From: Acidimicrobiia bacterium
GTDB lineage: Bacteria > Actinomycetota > Acidimicrobiia > Acidimicrobiales > Bin134
Assembly: GCA_022819825.1 (NCBI GenBank)
Contig: JAJEGM010000044.1
Coordinates: 41,186 to 105,185 of the forward strand
Direction of reading: 5' to 3'
Length of the DNA: 64,000 bases
Positions within the stretch are counted from its first letter, which is position 1; each line of letters opens with the position of its first letter. Below the pieces are notes generated by a model that was not told the DNA's origin, did no database searches, and was given only the letters and a program-made list of their open reading frames with translations. Below are positions 52,307 to 60,734 of this stretch, piece after piece. A program made the position numbers and the translations under genes.

Positions 52307-53131
52307 ATGAGCGACGCTGCATCCGCATCCCATCCGCTGGCCGAGGCCTTTGCTTCGGGGCGCCCCGCGCTGGGCGCCTGGGCGGGGCTGCCCACGGCGG
52401 TGAGCTGCGAGATCATGTCTCGAGCCGGGTTCGACTACGTGTGCATCGATATGCAGCACGGATTCGCCGACTACTCCGACGCGCTGCCGATGCTGGCCGC
52501 CATCGACTTGGGCACGGCCACCCCGGTGGTGCGGGTGCCGTGGAACGAGCAGGGCATCATTGGCCGAGTGCTGGACGCCGGGGCGATGGGCGTCATCATC
52601 CCCATGGTCAACAGCCGGGAGGAGGCCGAGGCCGCGGTACGATCCTGCCGCTACGCCCCCGAGGGATCGCGCAGCTTCGGCCCCACCCGGGTGGCGCTGC
52701 GCGACGGTCCCGGCTATTTCGCCGGAGCCAACCAGGCCGTGAAATGCATCCCCATGGTGGAGACGGTGGCCGCCCTCGAGAACCTGGACGACATCGTGTC
52801 CACCCCAGGGGTCGACGCCGTCTACGTCGGCCCCGCCGACCTATCGGTCAGCCTGGGCCTCCCCCCCGGCAACAACGACGGAACCGCCGCCTTCGACGAC
52901 GCCCTAGCCGCCATCGTGGCCGCCTGCCAGACCCACGGCATAGTCCCCGGCATCCACTCCACCCCCACCCTCACCCCCACCCGAGTCGCCCAAGGCTTCC
53001 GCCTAGTAACCGTCACCGCCGACAACGCCGCCCTATCCGCCGGAGTAACCACCCACCGCCAATCCGTCCTAAACGCCCTAAACGGCAAATCCAGTGGGAC
53101 CGGTGAGACCACCGGCGAATCCCTCTACTGA
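52307..53131 (+). CDS. HpcH/HpaI-family (class II pyruvate) aldolase
   Basis: 274 aa. …GAWAGLP…EIMSRAGFDYVCIDMQHG…, …VRVPWNE…, …PMVETV.A..N.D.I… blocks typical of HpaI/HpcH aldolases. Confidence 0.8.
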   Translation: MSDAASASHPLAEAFASGRPALGAWAGLPTAVSCEIMSRAGFDYVCIDMQHGFADYSDALPMLAAIDLGTATPVVRVPWNEQGIIGRVLDAGAMGVIIPMVNSREEAEAAVRSCRYAPEGSRSFGPTRVALRDGPGYFAGANQAVKCIPMVETVAALENLDDIVSTPGVDAVYVGPADLSVSLGLPPGNNDGTAAFDDALAAIVAACQTHGIVPGIHSTPTLTPTRVAQGFRLVTVTADNAALSAGVTTHRQSVLNALNGKSSGTGETTGESLY

Positions 53132-53140
53132 GGTAAAGCG

Positions 53141-53461
53141 ATGACAGACGAGGTTTCGGTCGACATTCTCCACGGGCGACTTGTCGGGGTAACTGGCAAG
53201 GCCCCCACCGCTGAGGTTGTGGTGTGGCTGGCGGTCCAGACAACTGATGGCGAAGCTTCGACGTTGGAGACCATCACAGATGACGAGGGGTTTTTCTCGT
53301 TCGAATTGCCGACCGAGCCCCTGCATGCCGCCAAGCTCGGAGCAGTGCTGGAAGGCGTGCAGCCTCTGGACCTCGAACCGAATGACGAGCCGCTGGATCC
53401 CGGGGAGATCATGCTGTTCGTCGACGACTTCACCCCTTCCCACCTCAAGTACGCCGGATAG
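53141..53461 (+). CDS. Small hypothetical protein with carboxypeptidase-regulatory-like (transthyretin-like beta-sandwich) sequence character
   Basis: 106 aa. GAGG SD 7 nt upstream. …VVVWLAVQTTDGEASTLETITDDEGFFSFELP… resembles a CarboxypepD_reg repeat. No signal peptide. Confidence 0.45.
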   Translation: MTDEVSVDILHGRLVGVTGKAPTAEVVVWLAVQTTDGEASTLETITDDEGFFSFELPTEPLHAAKLGAVLEGVQPLDLEPNDEPLDPGEIMLFVDDFTPSHLKYAG

Positions 53462-53550
53462 TCGATTGGCGCCCAATGGAGGCGCGTATGCCTGGTGGTT
53501 GATTCGCGAGGGATCACAAAGGTGTCACTGGTGGTGGGTATTCTCTAGTT

Positions 53551-54468
53551 ATGGCAGGTCAGACGGCTTCGGCGCCTCCTATAGGTGAGGATGAGGCGCT
53601 GGCTTTGCTGCTTGAGGAGGGGGTGGTTTGGGGGGATTCTGCTGAGTGGCTGCCGAGATTGCCACAGGACTCGGTGGACCTGTTCTTTATGTCGCCGCCG
53701 TACGCCGATGCTCGGGCGTACTCCAGGGTCAGTCCTGACGATTATGTCGAGTGGTTCTTGCCATTTGCGGAGTGCATGCTCAGGGCCACCAAGGAGACCG
53801 GGTCATTCGTTCTCAACATCAAGAACCGGGTGGCTAAGTCGGGTCCGTTGCGGGGGCAGCGCCATCCGTATGTGTACCAACTGGTGATCGCTCTGCAAGA
53901 CATGGGGTGGCGGTGGACGGAGACGTACATCTGGAGCAAGCCGAACGCCATCCCAGGTCGTTTCGGGCCTCGCACCAAGGACGCGTTTGAGTACGTGTAC
54001 CACTTCACGAAAGGCACCAGTCCTTATTTCGACCTGGATGCAGTGCGGGTGCCCTACCGAGCAGATGAGGCAGAAATCAACCGGCGGCTCAAAGACAAGA
54101 ACGGCCGACGGAACACTGATGCAGGGTTCGGACGAGACCGCACTCGGACTTACGGTCGGGGTGGGGCTGATCCTGGGAATGTGATCACCGTGGGCCAGAC
54201 CTACAACCAGCACAAGGGTCCTGCTGGGCAGCACACTGCGGTCATGCCAGAAGGCCTAGCCGAGTTCTTCGTCAAAGCGGCCTGCCCCCCGGATGGGGTC
54301 GTGATTGACCCATTTGCTGGATCGGGCACCACAGCCACTGTCGCCCGCCGACATGGCCGCAATTCAGGTGGGATCGAATTGCACGCCGAGTACGCAGCAG
54401 TCGCCAAGGAACGCCTGGCAAGCGATCATGTCCAGGAAGAACTGGGACTGCTCCGTGTCGCTAACTGA
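53551..54468 (+). CDS. Type II DNA methyltransferase, beta-class (motif IV before motif I), probably N4-cytosine-specific
   Basis: FMSPPYADAR (SPPY, motif IV) at the N-terminus and VVIDPFAGSGTTATVA (motif I) near the C-terminus. 305 aa. Confidence 0.85.
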   Translation: MAGQTASAPPIGEDEALALLLEEGVVWGDSAEWLPRLPQDSVDLFFMSPPYADARAYSRVSPDDYVEWFLPFAECMLRATKETGSFVLNIKNRVAKSGPLRGQRHPYVYQLVIALQDMGWRWTETYIWSKPNAIPGRFGPRTKDAFEYVYHFTKGTSPYFDLDAVRVPYRADEAEINRRLKDKNGRRNTDAGFGRDRTRTYGRGGADPGNVITVGQTYNQHKGPAGQHTAVMPEGLAEFFVKAACPPDGVVIDPFAGSGTTATVARRHGRNSGGIELHAEYAAVAKERLASDHVQEELGLLRVAN

Positions 54469-55561
54469 CCCAGACCGCGAGCTTCTAGCCAAGGCTGGAA
54501 CTACGGCCAACCCCACAACCCGACGACAAGCGGTAGCGGTACTCCTACGCCAACCAGAATCGGCCAGAGACGAGGCCGCCAACCTTCTCGGACAAGGTTT
54601 TGTCGCCGCTACTCAGCCGTCGTTTCACTACATCCCCAAGGGCGATGCCATGGCCACCGAAGCCGCTTTCGATGAGGCCTACCGGAGATTGGCTGAGCAC
54701 ACCAACGACTTCACCGATGTATCGGCAGCAAGTCTGACAGCAGCCTTAACGCAATCGCCCGAGACTCTGGCACCGCTTCGCATGATTTTGGGCTTCACTC
54801 ACAACGAGTTGGCCTGGGCCATGAAACTTGCCCAGCCGGGAACAAACACTTCGGGAGGAACTCTGAAGAAGTTTGAACGCACTCCAGCACCTGAACAAGC
54901 GACAGCGAAGCGAACTGAGATGATCAGCGCGGTGGCTGCCGCAGTCCTCGCAGTCATGAACCTGAGCATCCTTCAGGTGCCTGAATCAGCCCGCGGCTTC
55001 TTCCATTCGAAACTCGACAAACGAGACACACGTCTGGGCTGGGACACGGTTGCTGGGTCAACCAGCGGAGTGCCCTATTCGGCTCTGCTTTATCAGAGGT
55101 ACGTCGGCGGGGTGTGGCGCCAAGTTCAAGACGCCTATTCCGAAGTCAAGGGTGACAACCTTCTGGAGCAACCGATTGCCGACCTGTTCGACGATCATCA
55201 AATCCCCTACTACCGGTCGGGGTCAGGAGCAGCTGGAGCTACTCAGACTTCAGAGACATTCGGCCTTTCGCCTGGACCCGATTTCGTGTTGCCCGAGGAA
55301 TCTCCGACGGTGATCATCGAATCGAAGGTGGCTGAAGACGGAGGCACGGCTCGAGATAAGGCTGCTCGCATCAAGAATGCTGCCGATGCTGCTAGGGACC
55401 GCGGTCTGCTTCCCTGTGCAGTTGTCGATGGCAAGGGATGGTCAGAACGCCCGAACGCCCTGGTTGACGTAGTGATCGCCACAGAAGGACGCACCTACTC
55501 CCTCGACACGCTCCCTCATCTTCTTGAAATTCCCGAAATCATCGGCCTCAGAGAGTCTTGA
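54428..55561 (+). CDS. Putative Type II restriction endonuclease (PD-(D/E)xK C-terminal domain) with an HTH-like N-terminal region
   Basis: GPDFVLPEESPTVIIESKV fits PD...ExK. LRMILGFTHNELAWAMKL resembles an XRE-type HTH. Overlaps or abuts the methyltransferase gene. Start uncertain (ATG 54428 or GTG 54455). Confidence 0.5.
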   Translation: MSRKNWDCSVSLTDPDRELLAKAGTTANPTTRRQAVAVLLRQPESARDEAANLLGQGFVAATQPSFHYIPKGDAMATEAAFDEAYRRLAEHTNDFTDVSAASLTAALTQSPETLAPLRMILGFTHNELAWAMKLAQPGTNTSGGTLKKFERTPAPEQATAKRTEMISAVAAAVLAVMNLSILQVPESARGFFHSKLDKRDTRLGWDTVAGSTSGVPYSALLYQRYVGGVWRQVQDAYSEVKGDNLLEQPIADLFDDHQIPYYRSGSGAAGATQTSETFGLSPGPDFVLPEESPTVIIESKVAEDGGTARDKAARIKNAADAARDRGLLPCAVVDGKGWSERPNALVDVVIATEGRTYSLDTLPHLLEIPEIIGLRES

Positions 55562-55582
55562 TCCTCAAGAACTGAACCCCCG

Positions 55583-56452
55583 CTAGCGGTAGCGGCGGAT
55601 TATGGCGGTGGTGTCTAGGCGGTTTTCGCCAAGCGCCGCCGTCTCTTCGGTGTAGCGCTGGCAAAGTTCTACTAGGGGGATGGGGGCGTTGAGGGTGGCG
55701 GCGGCGTCGGCTACTAGGCCTAGGTCTTTGATCATCCAGTCGATGGCGAAGCCGAAGTCGAATTCGTCGGCCACCATGGTGTGGCCTCGGTTTTGGAGGT
55801 ACCACGAGCCGGCTGCGCCCTTGGTGACCGCGGCCAGCACCTTCTCCATGTCGAGGCCAGCCCGCTCGCCGAAAGCCAGCGCCTCGGCTGCACCCTGCAC
55901 CGCGCCGGCGCACAGGATCTGGTTCACCATCTTGGTTAGCTGGCCGCTCCCGGCTGGTCCCATGAGGGTGACCGCCGAGGAATAGGCGTCGATCACCGGG
56001 CGGGCGGCCTCGAAGTGCTCGGGCTCGCCGCCGCACATCACGGTGAGCACGCCGTTCTCGGCCCCGGCCTGGCCGCCGGAGATGGGGGCGTCGAGCCAGC
56101 CGATCCCCCGTCCGGCGCACACCTCGGCCAGCTCCCGGGCCACCTCGGCGGATGCGGTGGTGTGGTCCACCAGCACCGATCCGGCGGGCATCGTCCCCAA
56201 GGCACCGTCGTCGCTCAGCACCACCGCCCGAAGGTCTTCGTCGGCCCCCACGCAGGTGAACACGAACTCGGCCCCGTCGGCCGCCTCGGCCGGGGTGGCG
56301 GCCACCGTCCCGTCATGCTGCTCGCCCCAGCGCTCAGCCACTGCCGCGGTGCGGTTGAACACCCGCACCTCGTGGCCGGCGGCCAAGTGCCCGGCCATGG
56401 GGAAACCCATGTTGCCCAGTCCTATGAATGCGCACACGCTCACGTCGGCCAC
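55583..56452 (-). CDS. NAD(P)-dependent 3-hydroxyisobutyrate dehydrogenase-family oxidoreductase
   Basis: 289 aa. FIGLGNMGFPMAGHL Rossmann motif and 6PGDH-type NAD-binding and C-terminal helical domains. Confidence 0.8.
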   Translation of the reverse strand: MADVSVCAFIGLGNMGFPMAGHLAAGHEVRVFNRTAAVAERWGEQHDGTVAATPAEAADGAEFVFTCVGADEDLRAVVLSDDGALGTMPAGSVLVDHTTASAEVARELAEVCAGRGIGWLDAPISGGQAGAENGVLTVMCGGEPEHFEAARPVIDAYSSAVTLMGPAGSGQLTKMVNQILCAGAVQGAAEALAFGERAGLDMEKVLAAVTKGAAGSWYLQNRGHTMVADEFDFGFAIDWMIKDLGLVADAAATLNAPIPLVELCQRYTEETAALGENRLDTTAIIRRYR

Positions 56453-56579
56453 GATACCCAGCCGGAAAGTTCACCACCTCGGTGGCGAGGCAAGCGTTCG
56501 CACATCATCGGGTAGGAGAGGCCATTCAGCCGCCACCTCGATAGGCGGCTTCCACAGCGTTCCCATAACATCGAAGACG

Positions 56580-57683
56580 ATGAGCGACAACGGCTTCGAC
56601 GTATTCTCCGCCGACTCCCACGTGATCGAGCCCCACGACCTGTGGCAGATCTACACGGTGGAGGCCTTCAAGGACCGGGCGCCCCGGCTGGTTCATGAGG
56701 AGACCACCGACCGCCTGGTGTGCGACCAGGCCCGGCTGCCCCCGGTGGGGCTTTTGGCCGGGTGCATGCGCACCGACGACAAAGTACGGGCCAGGGGCCG
56801 CTGGGACGAGGACGTGCCCGACGTGGGCTGGGATCCCGAGGCCCGCATGGAGGCTCTGCGCACCGATGGCGTGACCGGCGAGGTGCTGTATCCCACCATC
56901 GCCATGCAGATGTACCCCATCCAAGACGTGGAGTTCCAGTGGGCCCTGTTCGAGGCCTACAACACCTGGGTCGGGGAGTTCGTGAGCCAGATCCCCGACA
57001 CATTCGTGGGGATTGCGCTGCTCGCGCCGGTGGACTTGGAGCGGGCTGCCAAGGAGATGAAGCGATGCCGCGACATGGGGCTCAAAGGGGTGATGATCCC
57101 AGTGATCAACGGCGAGGACAACCCCTACCAAGACCCGGAGTTCGACCCCCTGTGGGCCGCCGCGGTGGAACACTCCATGCCGGTGAACCTCCACGCCGCC
57201 ACCACCCGCGACCCCGACAAGGCCTGGGACCAGGGCACGTCCACCCGATCGGTGCTGCAAACGGTGGACATCCAAGAAGTGGTGCTCGACCTCATCTTCG
57301 GCGGAGTGTTCGACCGCTTCCCCGAGCTGATGATCGTCTCGGCCGAGAACGACGTGGGCTGGGCCGGCAACCTGCTGGAGCGGGCCGACTACTGGTTCCA
57401 CCGCCACGCCCAGCTCCTCAAGGACATGAACTGCGAGCAGGAGCCGTCGCACTACTGGCGCCAGAACTTCCGGGTCACGTTCATGCGCGACCTCACCGGA
57501 GTGGCCGCCCGAGACATCATCGGCACCGAGACCATGATGTGGGGCAACGACTTCCCCCACCACGTGTCCACCTGGCCCAACAGCCAGGCGGTGATCGCCG
57601 AGCACTTCGCCGACACCACCGACGACGTGCGCCACGCCATCGTCTCCGCCAACGTCCGCCAGCTCTACGACATCCAGGTATAG
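56580..57683 (+). CDS. Amidohydrolase_2 (ACMSD/LigW-like TIM-barrel metal hydrolase/decarboxylase family)
   Basis: Trimmed to ATG 56580 (MSDNGFDVFSADSHVIEP...). C-terminal MMWGNDFPHH motif. About 367 aa. Confidence 0.7.
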   Translation: MSDNGFDVFSADSHVIEPHDLWQIYTVEAFKDRAPRLVHEETTDRLVCDQARLPPVGLLAGCMRTDDKVRARGRWDEDVPDVGWDPEARMEALRTDGVTGEVLYPTIAMQMYPIQDVEFQWALFEAYNTWVGEFVSQIPDTFVGIALLAPVDLERAAKEMKRCRDMGLKGVMIPVINGEDNPYQDPEFDPLWAAAVEHSMPVNLHAATTRDPDKAWDQGTSTRSVLQTVDIQEVVLDLIFGGVFDRFPELMIVSAENDVGWAGNLLERADYWFHRHAQLLKDMNCEQEPSHYWRQNFRVTFMRDLTGVAARDIIGTETMMWGNDFPHHVSTWPNSQAVIAEHFADTTDDVRHAIVSANVRQLYDIQV

Positions 57684-57696
57684 CGGGAGAACATCA

Positions 57697-58416
57697 ATGG
57701 CCAAGACCTGGACCGAAGACCATCCCGCCTTCCAAGTGGCCGCGGCCCGGCGCATCCTGGCCCGTGAGGGCTGCGAGAGCCGGGTGGCCGGCCACGTGTC
57801 GGTGCGCGACGCTGAGCGGGCCGACGCTTTCTGGGTGTCGCCGTTCGGCTACTTCAGCGAGACGCTGCCCAGCGACGTGAACTGCTACGACATGGAGCTA
57901 AACCTGCTCGACGGCGACACCGCGGCCTCGCCGGCGGTGCGGTTCCACGCCGGGTTCTACGAGGCCCGCCCCGACGCCAACTCGGTGATCCACACCCACT
58001 CCCACTACGTGGAGGTGCTCTCCACCACCGGCAAGGACATCGGCCTGTACTCGGCCGACGCCTGCCTGTTCTACCAAGAGCAGGCCCACTACGCCGACAA
58101 TGGCATCGACAACCCGGTGGACGGCCCCCGCATGGCCGAGGCCCTGGGCCAGCGGTCGGTGGTGCTCATCGGCAACCACGGCGCCTGCTTCGTGTGCCCC
58201 TCGCTGGAGGAGGCCACCATCAAGGCCATCGCCTACGAGAGCTCGGCCCGGGCCCACTACGAGGCCAAGGTGGTGGGCGGCCACGAGATGCCCGAGGCCG
58301 AGGCGGCCCGGGCCAAAAAGGCGTACCACAAGTACTTCATCCCCATGATGTGGGAGGCCAACTACCGCCGCCTGCGCCGCACCGACGCCGACCTGTTCGA
58401 GACGCTGGCTAGCTGA
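57697..58416 (+). CDS. Class II aldolase/adducin-family protein
   Basis: 239 aa. …VIHTHSHY… metal-ligand histidines and …LIGNHG… block. Confidence 0.75.
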   Translation: MAKTWTEDHPAFQVAAARRILAREGCESRVAGHVSVRDAERADAFWVSPFGYFSETLPSDVNCYDMELNLLDGDTAASPAVRFHAGFYEARPDANSVIHTHSHYVEVLSTTGKDIGLYSADACLFYQEQAHYADNGIDNPVDGPRMAEALGQRSVVLIGNHGACFVCPSLEEATIKAIAYESSARAHYEAKVVGGHEMPEAEAARAKKAYHKYFIPMMWEANYRRLRRTDADLFETLAS

Positions 58417-59298
58417 ATGGCCTCCGAGCCTCAATCCCACCCCATGGACGGCATCGGGGCAGTCGACCTCATGCTGGGCGTGCCGTCTGACCGCGACGCC
58501 TGGTACGCCAACTTCCAGGGGCTGCTGAAGGACACCGAGAGCCGCAGCTTCGGCCACGGCGCGGCCTACATGTTCAAAGACCTGCCCCAAGTGGACGGCA
58601 CGGTGGACTTCATCGCCTACCTGCTAGCCGAGATGGACCTCTGGGGCATCGACAAGGGGCTGCTGCCGGTGAACTTCGGCGACACCTGGGGCACTCGAGG
58701 GGTCACCGAGCATCCCGACCGCCTCTACGGCAGCTACCTGGTGGACCCCAACCAGGGCGTGCAAGCGGTGCGGGACCTGCGCCGGGCCGTGGACGAGCTG
58801 GGCGTGATCGCGGCGGCCTGCTTTCCCACCGGGCTGCACCCCCAGGTCAACATCAACGAACCGCTGATGTACCCCATCTACGCGGCGTGCTGTGAGCTGG
58901 AGATCCCCATGTGCATCAACGCCGGCGTGCCGGGGCCGCGGTTCCCGTTCGACCCCCAGCACGTCGAGCACCTCGACCAGGTGTGCTACGACTTCCCCGA
59001 GCTGGTGCTGGTCACCCGCCACGGTTCCGAGCCGTGGGAACGCCTCATGGTCAAGCTCATGCTGAAGTGGCCGGGGCTGCACTACTCCACCTCGGCGTTC
59101 GCCCCCAAGCACTATCCGAAAGCCATCATCGACTACGCCAACACCCGGGGCGCCGACAAGGTGATGTACGCCGGCTACTTCCCCTCAGGCCTGTCGCTGG
59201 AGCGGATCATGACCGAGATGCGCGACATGGGATTCCGCGACCATGTTTGGCCCAAATTCCTGCGGGACAACGCCCTGCGGGTGTTCAATATGGCATGA
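58417..59298 (+). CDS. Amidohydrolase_2-family protein
   Basis: 293 aa, start immediately after the aldolase stop. TIM-barrel hydrolase-like blocks (…INAGVPGP…, …LVTRHGSEPW…, …KVMYAGYFP…). N-terminal HxH not evident. Confidence 0.5.
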   Translation: MASEPQSHPMDGIGAVDLMLGVPSDRDAWYANFQGLLKDTESRSFGHGAAYMFKDLPQVDGTVDFIAYLLAEMDLWGIDKGLLPVNFGDTWGTRGVTEHPDRLYGSYLVDPNQGVQAVRDLRRAVDELGVIAAACFPTGLHPQVNINEPLMYPIYAACCELEIPMCINAGVPGPRFPFDPQHVEHLDQVCYDFPELVLVTRHGSEPWERLMVKLMLKWPGLHYSTSAFAPKHYPKAIIDYANTRGADKVMYAGYFPSGLSLERIMTEMRDMGFRDHVWPKFLRDNALRVFNMA

Positions 59299-59891
59299 GC
59301 ATGATTGAGCAAATCTTCCGTCGGCGGGACCTGGGAGTGATCGACTCCTTCATCGGAGCGGGACTCCTGGTGGTGGCCGTGTTCGCCTGGACCGTGCAAT
59401 CCGAGCGGTTCGACCCCAACACCGAGCTGTCCGACAACTGGAAGTGGCAGCTCTGGCAGATCGGCCCCCTGGTGTTCTCCATCGTCGGCGTGTGGCTGCT
59501 GTGGCGCAACACCAGCAAAGTGCCGTGGATTCGCACGCTGTGCCTGTCGTCGCTGGCGGTGGCGTTCTTGCTCAACAAGTACACCGACACCTTCAACCAC
59601 AGCAACAACCTCTGGAACACCATCGATCCGCTGTTCGTCGGCTGTGCCACCGTGGCCATGTGCGTTGGGTGGCGCCGGGTGATGGCCCAAAGGCAGGGCA
59701 TGGAACCAGCCAACCCCTTCACCCTCCTCGCCGCCGTCGTCGCCACGGGGCTGGGGGTGGCGGTGTTCATCGCCGCCTTCTTCTTCTACACCTGCGAGAC
59801 GGTCTGGGATGTCCTCGACCCCTTGGTGATCTTGGCCCTGCTCACCTGGGCAATCGGCGCTCGCCGCACCAATGTGGGCGACGCCATCTGA
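59295..59891 (+). CDS. Hypothetical integral membrane protein
   Basis: ATGA-coupled to the preceding gene. 198 aa with about five hydrophobic helices. No recognisable family. Confidence 0.5.
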   Translation: MSMIEQIFRRRDLGVIDSFIGAGLLVVAVFAWTVQSERFDPNTELSDNWKWQLWQIGPLVFSIVGVWLLWRNTSKVPWIRTLCLSSLAVAFLLNKYTDTFNHSNNLWNTIDPLFVGCATVAMCVGWRRVMAQRQGMEPANPFTLLAAVVATGLGVAVFIAAFFFYTCETVWDVLDPLVILALLTWAIGARRTNVGDAI

Positions 59892-59941
59892 ACCTATACG
59901 CTGCCTGAAATCCGACCGGGACAGCGAAGAGGAGAACCGCC

Positions 59942-60724
59942 ATGCCCGAGGTAGAAGGCTATGTCCACGGAGACTTCAGCTGGGTCGACTTGTGTACCGA
60001 GGAGCCCGACAAGGCCAAGGCGTTCTATTCGTCGCTCTTCGGGCTGACCTTTCGCGATGAGCACGACGGGTCGCAGGTGGTCTACACCCTGGGGTTGAAG
60101 GACGAGAGGCCGGTGCTGGGGCTGCTGGAAAAACCCCAGGAGATGTGCGAGATGGGGATCCCCAACGTGTGGGAGACCTACATCTCGGTGGACAACGCCG
60201 ACGAGGCCCTGGCCAAGGTGGCGCCCGCGGGGGGCACGCCGATGGGACCGGTGATGGAGCCGGCGGGCGCGGGGAGGATGGTGGTTGTGGCCGACCCCAC
60301 CGGTGCCGTGGTGATGCTGTGGGAGGCGATCGGCCAAGATGGCGCCGAGCTCAAGAGCGAGCACGGCACGCTGTGCTGGAACCAGCTCCTGACTTCTGAT
60401 GTGGACAAGGCCATGGCGTTCTACTCCGAGATGCTGGGCTGGACCCCGGTGCCCATCGACACGGACGGTTCGGTGGGCATCAGGCACAACGGCGAGATGA
60501 TCGCCAGCGCCGGCCCGCTGCCCGCGCCGCTGATTCCCGCCCATTGGGCGGTGTATTTCGCGGTGGACGACTGCGACGCCACCGCGGCGCAGTGCCAAGA
60601 GCTGGGAGGCCATGTGGTGGTCCCGCCCATGGACACCCCGCCGGGGCGCATGGCCCAGCTTGTGGACAACACCGGTGCGATGTTCTGGGTCATCACCCTC
60701 AACCCCGACTTCTCAATGGATTGA
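59942..60724 (+). CDS. VOC-superfamily (glyoxalase/bleomycin-resistance-like) two-domain protein
   Basis: 260 aa. Two repeats of the F.W.DL/..WNQL…FY..LFGW/..MLGW…G… pattern typical of actinobacterial VOC proteins. Confidence 0.7.
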   Translation: MPEVEGYVHGDFSWVDLCTEEPDKAKAFYSSLFGLTFRDEHDGSQVVYTLGLKDERPVLGLLEKPQEMCEMGIPNVWETYISVDNADEALAKVAPAGGTPMGPVMEPAGAGRMVVVADPTGAVVMLWEAIGQDGAELKSEHGTLCWNQLLTSDVDKAMAFYSEMLGWTPVPIDTDGSVGIRHNGEMIASAGPLPAPLIPAHWAVYFAVDDCDATAAQCQELGGHVVVPPMDTPPGRMAQLVDNTGAMFWVITLNPDFSMD

Positions 60725-60734
60725 GGAGACACCG

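Noticed and set aside
56526-57880. 409-aa antisense ORF and 386-aa alternate-frame ORF over the amidohydrolase gene
   Set aside because: High-GC shadow ORFs. The called frame has amidohydrolase_2 motifs and a sensible start.
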